Assembly (NCBI GenBank): GCA_965222075.1
Contig: OZ244937.1
Coordinates: forward strand, 2,496,001 to 2,560,000
Length of the DNA: 64,000 nt
Reading direction: 5' to 3'
Source: Candidatus Latescibacterota bacterium
Lineage (GTDB): Bacteria; Latescibacterota; UBA2968; GCA-2709665
Shown here: positions 44,780 through 53,841 of the stretch, in pieces
How the letters are laid out: every line of letters starts with the position of its first letter
Numbering within the stretch: position 1 is the stretch's first letter
The notes under the pieces: generated by a model
Seen by the model: the letters and a program-made list of their open reading frames with translations, nothing else
The model's database searches: none
What the model was told of the DNA's origin: nothing
Translations under genes and position numbers: made by a program

Positions 44780-45742
44780 TCACGACTCACCACTCGCAAC
44801 GATCTTCTCCAACACCTCCCGCATATCCTCCGGCGGCTCGGCCTCAAACCGGAGGGTTTCTCCCATGACCGGGTGGACAAACCCCAGAGCCGCTGCGTGC
44901 AGCATCTGTCGCGTGGCCCTCTTGAGCAGCGCCCTGGCCTCGCCCCGAAATTGTGGGGCAATCCCCTTTATCCTGCCCTGTCCCCCGCCGTAGACCGTAT
45001 CGCCAAAGACCGGATGTCCGATATGGGCCATGTGCACCCGGATCTGATGTGTCCGCCCCGTTTCCAGCCGCACCAACAACAGAGAGAGAAAATCGTAGGT
45101 CGCCGCTACCTCAAACCGTGTGGCCGCATGGCGCCCGCCTTCCTCTCGCACGGCCATCCGCTTTTTTTCCTTCCGATGCCGGCCAATCGGCGCCTCCACC
45201 CGCCCCGTCCTCTCGGGCAGGCGGCCCCAGACCAGCGCCGTGTAGCGCCGCATCGTGGTTCTCTCCTCAAACTGCCGGGCAAGCCTCCGGTGTGTCAGGT
45301 CGTCTTTGGCCACCACCACCAGCCCCGACGTCTCCTTGTCCAGCCGGTGCACAATCCCGGAACGGAGCACCCCGTTGATTCCCGACAGCCGGTCGCAGTG
45401 TCCCAGCAGCGCATTCACCAGCGTCCCCGACCACACCCTCCCGGCCGGGTGCACCACCATCCCCGCCGGCTTGTTGACCACCAGCAGATGATCGTCCTCA
45501 AAAAAAATATCCAGAGGAATCGCCTCTGGATGAATCGACGTCGGTTCAGGCGGGGGAGGGGAGATCGCCACCCGATCTCCGGCCGAAACCCGATAGCTTG
45601 GCCGCACCTCCCGTCCGTTGACCCTGACGTGCCCTGCGGCAATCAAGTGCTGAAGGCGGGATCTCGAAAACGCCGGGCAGGCCGCTGCCAGGAGCCGGTC
45701 TAAGCGTTCCCCTTCACGGTCGGGGTTGATCTCCATCTCCAT
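44780..45742 (-). CDS. rluD: RluA/RluD-family pseudouridine synthase
   Basis: S4 domain; NKPAGMVVHP, GIVHRLDKETSG, TGRTHQIRVH. Confidence 0.95.
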   Translation of the reverse strand: MEMEINPDREGERLDRLLAAACPAFSRSRLQHLIAAGHVRVNGREVRPSYRVSAGDRVAISPPPPEPTSIHPEAIPLDIFFEDDHLLVVNKPAGMVVHPAGRVWSGTLVNALLGHCDRLSGINGVLRSGIVHRLDKETSGLVVVAKDDLTHRRLARQFEERTTMRRYTALVWGRLPERTGRVEAPIGRHRKEKKRMAVREEGGRHAATRFEVAATYDFLSLLLVRLETGRTHQIRVHMAHIGHPVFGDTVYGGGQGRIKGIAPQFRGEARALLKRATRQMLHAAALGFVHPVMGETLRFEAEPPEDMREVLEKIVASGES

Positions 45743-46202
45743 CCGTCTCTCCCTCACCCTTCTTCTGGAATCCATAGGAAAGAATCAGCAGACCGGCCCC
45801 GGTGGTCACACAGGAATCGGCCAGGTTAAACACCCACCAGCGGAGTGACCCGACCCCAAAATCCAGGAAATCGATCACCACGCCAAACCGCAGCCGGTCC
45901 ACCACATTTCCGATCGCACCGCCCAGGACCAAAGCCAGGCCCACAGCAGCCAGCCGCTCTGCTGCCGGCAGCCGCCACAGCAACACCCCCACCAGGACCA
46001 GAGCCGCCCCCGCAAAGAGGAGGTGGAGGACCTTCCCACCCAGCGTCAGCCCGAAAACCGCCCCCGGATTGTGGATATAGGTCAATTTAAAAAATGACCC
46101 CAGGACGGGAATCGATTCCCCCAGGGCCATCGTCTCCATTACCAGCCACTTGGAAGCCTGATCCAGCAGCACCACGATCCCTACAATCCAGAGCGTCCGC
46201 AC
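45714..46202 (-). CDS. lspA: Lipoprotein signal peptidase II
   Basis: LDQASK, NPGAVFG, GGAIGNVVDR, VIDF, FNLAD. Confidence 0.95.
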   Translation of the reverse strand: MRTLWIVGIVVLLDQASKWLVMETMALGESIPVLGSFFKLTYIHNPGAVFGLTLGGKVLHLLFAGAALVLVGVLLWRLPAAERLAAVGLALVLGGAIGNVVDRLRFGVVIDFLDFGVGSLRWWVFNLADSCVTTGAGLLILSYGFQKKGEGETDGDGDQPRP

Positions 46203-46217
46203 CCCACCTCCTGTTGA

Positions 46218-46270
46218 ATTTCGGATTGCGGATCTGCGGATTGAAGCGCTTTTGTTCCGCAATCCGAAAT
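46218..46270. repeat. 15-bp perfect inverted repeat built from heptamer units
   Basis: ATTTCGGATTGCGGA ... TCCGCAATCCGAAAT between dksA and lspA. Confidence 0.8.
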
Positions 46271-46287
46271 GATGTTCCTCCATCTAC

Positions 46288-46674
46288 CTAAACGAACTTA
46301 CGCTTCTGTTTCTGTTCCGACTCTTTACAGGGCACACAGACCGTGGTGGTGGGCACCGCCTCAATCCGCGCTTTGGGTATCTCCTTACCACAGACGCGGC
46401 ATATCCCGAACCTTCTATCCTGAATCCGCTTCAGAGCATCCTCCACCTGCTCCAAATACGCGCCGTTCCGGGAGGAGAAGTAATAGGCCTTCTCCCGTTC
46501 AATAGCGTCGCTGCCCAGTTCGGCCATATGATCGGAATAGGTCAGATCTCCCGAAGAATCGGCCACATCCGCATTCATCGAATGCGCTTCCAGCAGCCCC
46601 ATATCCCGCATTATCGACAACCGCTTTTCTTCGAGCAGCCGTCTGAAATGTTCGAGATCTTCCTCAGCCATCAT
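46288..46674 (-). CDS. dksA: DksA/TraR C4 zinc-finger protein
   Basis: Coiled coil with HMAELGSD; CRVC...CVPC. Confidence 0.88.
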   Translation of the reverse strand: MMAEEDLEHFRRLLEEKRLSIMRDMGLLEAHSMNADVADSSGDLTYSDHMAELGSDAIEREKAYYFSSRNGAYLEQVEDALKRIQDRRFGICRVCGKEIPKARIEAVPTTTVCVPCKESEQKQKRKFV

Positions 46675-46737
46675 CCCCCTCCTGTGCCGCCGAAACCCCA
46701 TCCGATCCGGCTCAGCCGCTTTTTCTTAGAAACACCT

Positions 46738-49700
46738 TCACCGGCTCTGCGTCAATCTTATACGCGATATACCGATGGTGCCGGACAACCCGTTGAGCTG
46801 ACACTCCTGCTTCAGCAAACAGACGTCCGGTAGCTCGCCGATGAGCACATCCTCCGCGAGCGTCTCACCGCCGACGTAGTCACGGTGGCGCGCCACGGCC
46901 TCCTCCAGCGCCCCAGCGCCCCGAACGCCCACCCGGATGCGGTCGGAGACGTCCAGTCCGGTCTCCTTACGCATATTCTGTACCCTGTTGACAAACTCGC
47001 GCGCCGTGCATTCGGCGATCAGCTCGTCGTCTAAGCGAACGTCAAGCCCAACGCCTAAGTTGCTCTCAATGGCCACGATCAGATCGTCCTTCTCTCTGCG
47101 CTGGACTTCCAGGTCGTCGAGGCCGATCTCACCGGAGGCGGCCTCGATCTTTTCACCGGCGCGTAGGCGTTTGATCTCATCGGGCGTCAACTGCTGGATG
47201 CGCGTTACAACCTCCACCATCCGTTTTCCAAAACGGGGCCCCAGGATCCGGAAGTTGGGCTTGTAGGACACCTCGCTCAGTTCGGTCTCGTCCTCGATCA
47301 GCACCACGTTCTTGATGTTCAACTCATCGGCAATCAGTTTCTGAATCTCCATCAGCGCATCCTGGCTGCGTTCATCGGGCGGCAGCAGATAGAGCCGTCG
47401 CAGCGGCTGGCGGACCTTCAAATTGTGCTTGCTTCGAAGCGAGCGGCCCAGGCCCACGGCGCGCATTGCCAGGTACATCTGTTCTTCGAGATCCGGGTCG
47501 CGCAGCGACTCGTCGGCCTGCGGCATGTCGCACAGGTGTACGCTCTGGGGCGCATCGGCATTGTACGAGCGGACGAGGTTCTGGTAGATCTGTTCCGTCA
47601 CGAACGGAAGCACCGGAGCCAGGACCTTGACAAACGTGACCAGCACCTCATAAAGCGTCGCATAGGCCGACGCCTTGTCGGCATCGTCCTCCGACTTCCA
47701 GAAGCGCCGGCGGCTACGCCGGATGTACCAGTTCGTCAACTTTTTCACGAAGGCCACCATCACCGGCGCCGTCTTGTACAGCCGGTAGGCCTCCATCTCG
47801 GCATTGATGTCGTGCAGCAGCGTCTGGAGCTCGGAAATTATCCACCGGTCGAGCTTGTGCTCGCGCTCTACGCCCTCCGCCCGCTCCGGCGTCCAGCCAT
47901 CGATATTCGCGTACGTGACGAAAATGCCGCTGTAGGCATTCCACAGCGGGATGATCACGGCTCGCAGGCTCTCCTGGATCCCCCTCTCGCTGATGCGCAG
48001 TTCCTCAGCCTTGAGCGCGGACGAGTTCAGGAGGTAGAGCCGCAGGGCATCCGCGCCGTAGGCATCTAACATCTCGGTCGGATCGGGGTAGTTCTTCAGC
48101 CGCTTGCTCATCTTGCGCCCGTCTTCGGCAAGTAGCATGCCCGACACGATGCAGTTCTTGAACGCCGGCCCGTCGAACAGCGCGGCCCCCAGCACCGTGA
48201 GGGTGTAAAACCAGCCGCGGGTCTGGTCCAGGCCCTCCGAAATGAAATCAGCGGGAAAATTCGCCTCAAAAAACGCCCTGTTCTCAAACGGATAGTGGGT
48301 CTGCGCGTAAGGCACCGAACCCGACTCGAACCAGCAGTCGAGCACCTCCGGGATACGCCTGAGCACACCCCGTCCCGTTGGGCTGGGGATCTCGATCCGG
48401 TCGATCAGGTGCTTGTGTAAATCCTCTACCTTCTGTCCGCTGAGCGCCTCGAGTTCCTCCCGGCTGCCCACGCAAACAGCCTCCCCAGTCTCCTCGTTCC
48501 GCCACACCGGCAGCGGCGTGCCCCAGTACCGGTTCCGGCTGATCGCCCAGTCGCGCGCGTCTTCCAGCCAGCGTCCGAACCGGCCGTCTTTGATATGTTC
48601 TGGAACCCAGTGGATCTGCCGGTTTGCGGCGACCATCCGCTCCTTGATCGACTCGATCGCCACAAACCAGGTCGAAACCGCCCGGTAGATCAGCGGGGAC
48701 TCACACCGCCAGCAGTAGGGGTAGCCGTGGACCAGCGTGCCTTCGGAAAACAACAGCTCTTCCTCCCGCAGCCGCCGGGTAATGGCGCGGTCCGTATCCT
48801 TGACGAACTGCCCCTCGTAGCCCGGGACCTCATCCGTAAACGCGCAGTCCTCGTCGATTGGACACACCACCGGGATGCCCTGCGTCTGCCCGAGCCGGTA
48901 GTCGTCCTCCCCGAATCCCGGCGCGATATGAACGATCCCCGTGCCGTCTTCCGTCGACACGAAATCCGCCGCAACCACCCGAAAGGCTCCTTCCTCCCGC
49001 TTATCCTCAAAATCCTCGAACAGCGGCTCGTAGGTCATCTGCAGCAGCGCCTCAACCGGCTGGTCATCCACCCGGTCCACCCCTTCCCTGTGCGCCTTGA
49101 ACACCTCCTCGAAAAGCGGCTTTGCAACGATCAACTGCTCCCCGTCCACCATATGCACGCGCACATAGGCAATCTCTTCCCCCAATGCCAAGGCCATGTT
49201 CGACGGCAGCGTCCAGGGCGTGGTCGTCCACGCCAGGATCGACGTGTTCTCTTCCCCCCGCACGCTGAAGCGCACCGTAATGGACGGATCCTGCGTGTCC
49301 TGATAGCCGCCCAGGTTGACCTCGAAGTTCGACAGCGGCGTGGCGCAGCGGGGGCAGTAGGCTAAGGAGTAATATCCCTCGTAAATCAGTTCCTTTTCCC
49401 ACAGGCTCTTGAACACCCACCACACTGACTCCATAAAGTCCGCGTCCATCGTGCGGTACTGGTTGTTCCAGTCCACCCACCGGCCACACCGCTGGATGAT
49501 CTGTTTCCACTCCGATGTGTACCGAAGCACCAGTTCGCGGCAAAACTCGTTGAACTCGCTGACCCCGAACTTGAGAATGTCGCGCCTTGACTTCAGCCCC
49601 AGCTGCTGCTCGGCCTCGTTCTCGACGGGTAGGCCGTGGCAGTCCCACCCGAACCGTCGTTCCACACAATAGCCGCGCATCGTCCAGTACCGGAGCACAA

Positions 49701-49926
49701 CGTCTTTAATAATCGAGGGCAGAAGATTCCCGTAGTGGGGCAGGCCGCTGGCGAACGGAGGGCCGTCGATAAAGATAAAAGACTTCGATTCCGGACGGCC
49801 CGCCACGGACTTCTCGAAGGTCCTGTTCTCCTCCCAGAAGCGAATGACCTCCGCCTCCATCTTCGGAAAATCGGCCTGGCCTGAGACCTCTTGAAACACG
49901 GCGTTGCTCTTTTTTGCAGTTCCCAT
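46738..49926 (-). CDS. ileS: Isoleucine-tRNA ligase (type 2-like)
   Basis: DGPPFASGLPHYGN, GWDCHGLP, WTTTPWT, DQTRGWF, KMSKR. Confidence 0.98.
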   Translation of the reverse strand: MGTAKKSNAVFQEVSGQADFPKMEAEVIRFWEENRTFEKSVAGRPESKSFIFIDGPPFASGLPHYGNLLPSIIKDVVLRYWTMRGYCVERRFGWDCHGLPVENEAEQQLGLKSRRDILKFGVSEFNEFCRELVLRYTSEWKQIIQRCGRWVDWNNQYRTMDADFMESVWWVFKSLWEKELIYEGYYSLAYCPRCATPLSNFEVNLGGYQDTQDPSITVRFSVRGEENTSILAWTTTPWTLPSNMALALGEEIAYVRVHMVDGEQLIVAKPLFEEVFKAHREGVDRVDDQPVEALLQMTYEPLFEDFEDKREEGAFRVVAADFVSTEDGTGIVHIAPGFGEDDYRLGQTQGIPVVCPIDEDCAFTDEVPGYEGQFVKDTDRAITRRLREEELLFSEGTLVHGYPYCWRCESPLIYRAVSTWFVAIESIKERMVAANRQIHWVPEHIKDGRFGRWLEDARDWAISRNRYWGTPLPVWRNEETGEAVCVGSREELEALSGQKVEDLHKHLIDRIEIPSPTGRGVLRRIPEVLDCWFESGSVPYAQTHYPFENRAFFEANFPADFISEGLDQTRGWFYTLTVLGAALFDGPAFKNCIVSGMLLAEDGRKMSKRLKNYPDPTEMLDAYGADALRLYLLNSSALKAEELRISERGIQESLRAVIIPLWNAYSGIFVTYANIDGWTPERAEGVEREHKLDRWIISELQTLLHDINAEMEAYRLYKTAPVMVAFVKKLTNWYIRRSRRRFWKSEDDADKASAYATLYEVLVTFVKVLAPVLPFVTEQIYQNLVRSYNADAPQSVHLCDMPQADESLRDPDLEEQMYLAMRAVGLGRSLRSKHNLKVRQPLRRLYLLPPDERSQDALMEIQKLIADELNIKNVVLIEDETELSEVSYKPNFRILGPRFGKRMVEVVTRIQQLTPDEIKRLRAGEKIEAASGEIGLDDLEVQRREKDDLIVAIESNLGVGLDVRLDDELIAECTAREFVNRVQNMRKETGLDVSDRIRVGVRGAGALEEAVARHRDYVGGETLAEDVLIGELPDVCLLKQECQLNGLSGTIGISRIRLTQSR

Positions 49927-49983
49927 GACTGTTATCACAAACTTTTGAATTCATCCGGTTGATTGTTCAGCTTTCGATTCTTG

Positions 49984-50247
49984 TCACTCATAAACCTCTC
50001 GACGATGTCCGACTTTTAAAACCGTCAACTTCTCAGCAGACCAGTCTATTTGGTAGATAATCCAATAATCGCCAATGCGGTATTTAAAACATCCCCTCCA
50101 CTCCTCTCCCTGGAGCGCCTGGTGACGCAACAGGTCTGTGTTTTTTCCCATCCACTCTATCTTGTCCAGAATACGTGTCTGAAAATCAGAAGTGAGGCGC
50201 CTGACATCTGCCTGTGCTTCAGGCGTCAGAATAATTTCAAGAGGCAT
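49984..50247 (-). CDS. relE: RelE/ParE-family toxin
   Basis: YRIGDYWIIY...VLKVGHRREVY. Confidence 0.9.
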   Translation of the reverse strand: MPLEIILTPEAQADVRRLTSDFQTRILDKIEWMGKNTDLLRHQALQGEEWRGCFKYRIGDYWIIYQIDWSAEKLTVLKVGHRREVYE

Positions 50248-50484
50248 TCATCGTCCAATCTGATCTCGAAAAGTCTTCAGATCGACGCCTTCTCCTGCAC
50301 GTGCCTGTTTCAGAGAACGCCTCAAAGATGCTGCGAACTCAGGCCGAAGTTCTCCCTCTTCTTCCTGTGAGCCTGTCAGAGCATCCATCAACTGAGTAAG
50401 CCAGACGTCGAGCCGCCTGTCTATCGTACGTCCGATCAGTTCCTCAAGCTCTTCTTGTGACAGGTCTGCCAAAGTCCTGCTCAT
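50248..50484 (-). CDS. Putative antitoxin
   Basis: Small acidic ORF directly upstream of relE; ELRPEFAASLRRS...G pattern. Confidence 0.75.
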   Translation of the reverse strand: MSRTLADLSQEELEELIGRTIDRRLDVWLTQLMDALTGSQEEEGELRPEFAASLRRSLKQARAGEGVDLKTFRDQIGR

Positions 50485-50504
50485 CGCTCAATTCCCTTAA
50501 CGTC

Positions 50505-50636
50505 AAAGTTCTCTAAACCGAGATCGCATACCGACTTGGAATTGAAACCCAGATCCTTCTCCACCTCCACCTCCACCCACAGCCCCTGGCAGTCGAACCC
50601 GTTCTGATAGCGCTGGTCGAACCCCTTCATCGTCTT
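50505..50636 (-). pseudogene. 44-codon relic of a second, divergent isoleucyl-tRNA synthetase
   Basis: KTMKGFDQRYQNGFDCQGLWVEVEVEKDLGFNSK aligns with TMRGYCVERRFGWDCHGLPVENEAEQQLGLKSR of the intact ileS. Confidence 0.85.
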
Positions 50637-50750
50637 TAATCTCAACAAATGAATTCGAACTTAACTCCATCTGGCTATCCAACGATCCTTTGTTGAGTGG
50701 CTGATAAACACCAGATAATTTTCTATTGTTCTTTTTGACACCAGCAGAAT

Positions 50751-51638
50751 TCATTCCTTAAAATAATGTCCGTAAAGCACCCCCAATCGCTCTTTCACCT
50801 CATCTGAAATCATCCCCGGCGCCGTGATGATCGCGTACTTTGCCGCGTGCAAGCATTCGCAGTCGGATGACGCCGGCAGCATCCGCGCGACCTCCTGCAC
50901 AATCAGATTCGCCCGCTCCGAATTCGCTTTCAGAATCGCCAGCACCGCATCGATGGACACATCCTCTTCCGCCTCGTGCCAGCAATCGTAATCAGTCCCC
51001 GTCGCCAGCATCGCGTAGCACATCTCCGCTTCCCGCGCCAGCTTGGCTTCGGGCAGCGCGGTCATTCCGATCACGGTGGCGCCTACCGCCTTGCGATAAA
51101 AATGGGACTCTGCGTGGGTTGAAAACTGCGGGCCTTCCATGCAGATATACGTGCCGCCCTCGCGCACCGTCGCCCCCTGGTTCTCCGCGGCCTCAACCAC
51201 GGTGCGGCTCAGTTCCTCGCAGAACGGATCGGCAAACGCCACGTGCCCCACGACACCATCTCCGAAAAAGGTCGAAGGCCGGATGCCCTTCGTGCGGTCG
51301 AAAAGCTGGTCCGGCACCACCATATCCCCCGGGCGGATGTGTTCCTGCATAATCCCCACTGCACTCACCGCCAGCACGTGTGTCACGTCCAGTTGTTTGA
51401 GCGCGTGAATATTGGCGCGGTACTTCACCTCTGAGGGCAGCAAATGGTGGTTGCGGCCGTGGCGCGGAAGGAAAAGCACCGTCCGCTCTCCAACCCTGGC
51501 CTCAACGACCGCATCGGACGGGCTGCCAAAAGGCGTTTCGAGCGTGTGCTCGCCCACCACATCCACCCCGTCCATCTGATACACCCCCGAGCCGCCAAGC
51601 ACACCCAGACGCACCGGTTTTGCCGTTCCCTCTGCCAT
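50751..51638 (-). CDS. mtnP: S-methyl-5'-thioadenosine phosphorylase
   Basis: GVLGGSG, TPFGSPS, LPRHG, MEGPQFST, IGMTALPEAKLAREAE, TDYDCW. Confidence 0.95.
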   Translation of the reverse strand: MAEGTAKPVRLGVLGGSGVYQMDGVDVVGEHTLETPFGSPSDAVVEARVGERTVLFLPRHGRNHHLLPSEVKYRANIHALKQLDVTHVLAVSAVGIMQEHIRPGDMVVPDQLFDRTKGIRPSTFFGDGVVGHVAFADPFCEELSRTVVEAAENQGATVREGGTYICMEGPQFSTHAESHFYRKAVGATVIGMTALPEAKLAREAEMCYAMLATGTDYDCWHEAEEDVSIDAVLAILKANSERANLIVQEVARMLPASSDCECLHAAKYAIITAPGMISDEVKERLGVLYGHYFKE

Positions 51639-51657
51639 CGCATCCCTCCCTGTGTGC

Positions 51658-52221
51658 CTATCTCCCCCCTCCCGACTCCTCCGGCAGGGCCTCCACCTCC
51701 CCATCCATCTGACCGTTTCCCCCTTCGTCGGAAGACGCTTCGACCGACTCTTTTACCACATCCGCATCAGTAAACGAAAGCTGCGCTAAGAAATCCGACT
51801 GCGCCTGCACCAGCGCCTGAAATCTGGCCACAAACATGTCCCGCTGGTTTTTCAGAACCACAATCTCGGAACGGATCGTCTGGATCTGCACCCGGGCCTT
51901 CTCCACCGCCCGATTTCCCAGAACCTCCGCCTCCTTAACGATCAGCTGCGCCTCCTTGCGGGCATTCTCACGCACATCCTCCGCGGCCTGCTGCGCCGTT
52001 TGCAGCGCCTCCAGCAGCGTCTGCTCGATCTTGCGGTACCGCGCCACCTCCGACTGCAGCGCAGTCTCCTGATCCTTGAGGTCAATATTCTCCCGGTTCA
52101 GCCGCTCGAACTCCTCGGCAGTCATCTCTAAGAAGGCCTGAACCTCGTCCTGGTCGTATCCCCGCAGGGTCCGGCGGAACGTCTGCTTCCGAATGTCCAG
52201 AGGGGTCATCTTCAACGGCAT
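51658..52221 (-). CDS. divIVA: DivIVA-domain protein
   Basis: MTPLDIRKQTFRRTLRGYDQDEVQAFL followed by a coiled coil. Confidence 0.92.
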   Translation of the reverse strand: MPLKMTPLDIRKQTFRRTLRGYDQDEVQAFLEMTAEEFERLNRENIDLKDQETALQSEVARYRKIEQTLLEALQTAQQAAEDVRENARKEAQLIVKEAEVLGNRAVEKARVQIQTIRSEIVVLKNQRDMFVARFQALVQAQSDFLAQLSFTDADVVKESVEASSDEGGNGQMDGEVEALPEESGGGR

Positions 52222-52290
52222 CACCTCCTTAAGGCTTTCACTGCAAATGGGAAGACCTTAAAAATCCGTTGGGGAAAAAGCGCCGATCCA

Positions 52291-52884
52291 TTACCGGATC
52301 AAAATATTGTAAACAGCGTTCTGCACAAAATGCAGCAGAAAAATCAGAATAATTGGGGACAGATCGAACATCCCCAGCGGCGGAATCAACTGCCGGAACG
52401 GCGCCATAATCGGTTCGGTCAAGCTGTAGAGCGGCCACATCAGCCGGCTGTCCCGCCCAAACGGCAGCCAGGACAGTACAATCCGGGCCACGATCAGCGC
52501 CAGGATAACCGACACCGCGCCGTAGAGCAACCAGCCCAGACTCACGATCAGCGCACCGGCCGACAGTCCGTCGAGCAGTCCCAACAGCGCCTCCAGCACA
52601 TCCCCCACCACCCACTTAAAAAAATAGGCCGACAGCACCGTAATCAGGATCACCATCAGCGGGGCAAGGCCCATACTGTTGGGAACAGGCAGGGCCTGGG
52701 CAAAGGGCCAGATCATCGGATCGGTCATACGGCGAACCTGATAGGACGCCCATCCAAAGGGACTCACCTTCAGCAGCACCCACCGCAGCACCATCAGCAC
52801 CACCACGATCAGGATGACCACCTTCACCAGCACGTCCACTCCCACAAGCGCATAGACGATCAACTTCTCCAAAACATCGATCAT
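52291..52884 (-). CDS. yggT: YggT-family membrane protein (two YggT units)
   Basis: RMTDPMIWP and LTEPIMAPFRQLIPPLGMFDLSP. Confidence 0.9.
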   Translation of the reverse strand: MIDVLEKLIVYALVGVDVLVKVVILIVVVLMVLRWVLLKVSPFGWASYQVRRMTDPMIWPFAQALPVPNSMGLAPLMVILITVLSAYFFKWVVGDVLEALLGLLDGLSAGALIVSLGWLLYGAVSVILALIVARIVLSWLPFGRDSRLMWPLYSLTEPIMAPFRQLIPPLGMFDLSPIILIFLLHFVQNAVYNILIR

Positions 52885-52888
52885 TTTC

Positions 52889-53578
52889 TTATGACCTCGG
52901 CCCAAAGACCGCCGTTCCGACCCGTACCAGCGTCGCCCCCTCTTCGATGGCCGCCTCGAAATCGTTCGTCATCCCCATCGACAAACACCCCATCGAAACC
53001 CCCACAAGCCCTACCGCCGCGATCCGATCCCGCAGTTCGCGCAACCGCACAAAACAGGGCCGTACCGCCTCCGGATCGGGCAGAAATACCCCGATTGTCA
53101 TCACCCCCTCCACACCCACGCCCTCGACCTCTGAAATCTTTCCCACCAGATCCAGCGCACCTTCCGGCGCAACCCCGAACTGCGATTCTGTCCCGGAGGT
53201 ATTCACCTGCACCAGCACCCGCGCGACCTGCCCGTCCTGCACCGCCCGCTTGCCGATCTCCTGCGCCAGCCGCAGGCTGTCCACCGAATGGATCAACTCG
53301 AACATCTGCAGGGCGCTTTTCACCTTGTTTCGCTGCAGGTGCCCCACCAGGTGCCAGACCGCCGGGCCGTTCACGGCCCCCACCTTCGCCTCCGCCTCCT
53401 GGATCCGGTTCTCACCCAGCACCCGCACCCCTGCGCACACCGCTTCCTCAATCGCCGCCACAGGCTGGGTCTTGGAAACGGCCACCAAGGTAACCTCATC
53501 GGCCGACCGCCCCGACCGCTCCGCTGCCCGGGCGATCCGCTCCTGCACCCGCTTCAGGTTCTCCGAAATCGCAGACAT
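52889..53578 (-). CDS. yggS: PLP homeostasis protein
   Basis: LVAVSKT, GENRIQE, WHLVGHLQRNK, LSMGMTND, VRVGTAVFG. Confidence 0.96.
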   Translation of the reverse strand: MSAISENLKRVQERIARAAERSGRSADEVTLVAVSKTQPVAAIEEAVCAGVRVLGENRIQEAEAKVGAVNGPAVWHLVGHLQRNKVKSALQMFELIHSVDSLRLAQEIGKRAVQDGQVARVLVQVNTSGTESQFGVAPEGALDLVGKISEVEGVGVEGVMTIGVFLPDPEAVRPCFVRLRELRDRIAAVGLVGVSMGCLSMGMTNDFEAAIEEGATLVRVGTAVFGPRS

Positions 53579-53667
53579 CGCCCTCTCCCCAGGCCTCGGT
53601 CCCGGACGTCTGAAAAATCCAGTGAAGTCTGTAAATATATTATAAAATAGGCGTTTTAGCAACATGA

Positions 53668-53697
53668 AAAGCGGAACCCATTCTGGAATTCCGCTTT
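53668..53697 (-). terminator. Hairpin downstream of ispH (probable terminator)
   Basis: AAAGCGGAA...TTCCGCTTT stem, followed by Ts on the minus strand. Confidence 0.55.
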
Positions 53698-53841
53698 AAA
53701 ATCCCCACCACCGGGACGTTTTTCCTCACCGGCTCAAATACGCGCTGTCGGTCATACGCCAGACCACCTCAACGGGGTCTCCAGTCTATCTCAGCGCGCT
53801 CAGTTGTCGCTTTGCCCAGGGTTCTGAAATCTAAGATATCG

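Noticed and set aside
44690-45703. 337-aa plus-strand ORF and similar long overlapping ORFs (36989-38200, 52330-53493, 56230-57435)
   Set aside because: Antisense shadows of well-supported genes.
50503-50754. 83-aa ORF with a poly-Gly run, and repeated GGTTCGAC motifs
   Set aside because: Explained by the IleRS relic in another frame (GFD twice, VEVEVE).
53725-53785. Minus-strand TGDPVEVVWRMTDSAYLSR, a TOBE-like C-terminal remnant
   Set aside because: Too short to support without a search.
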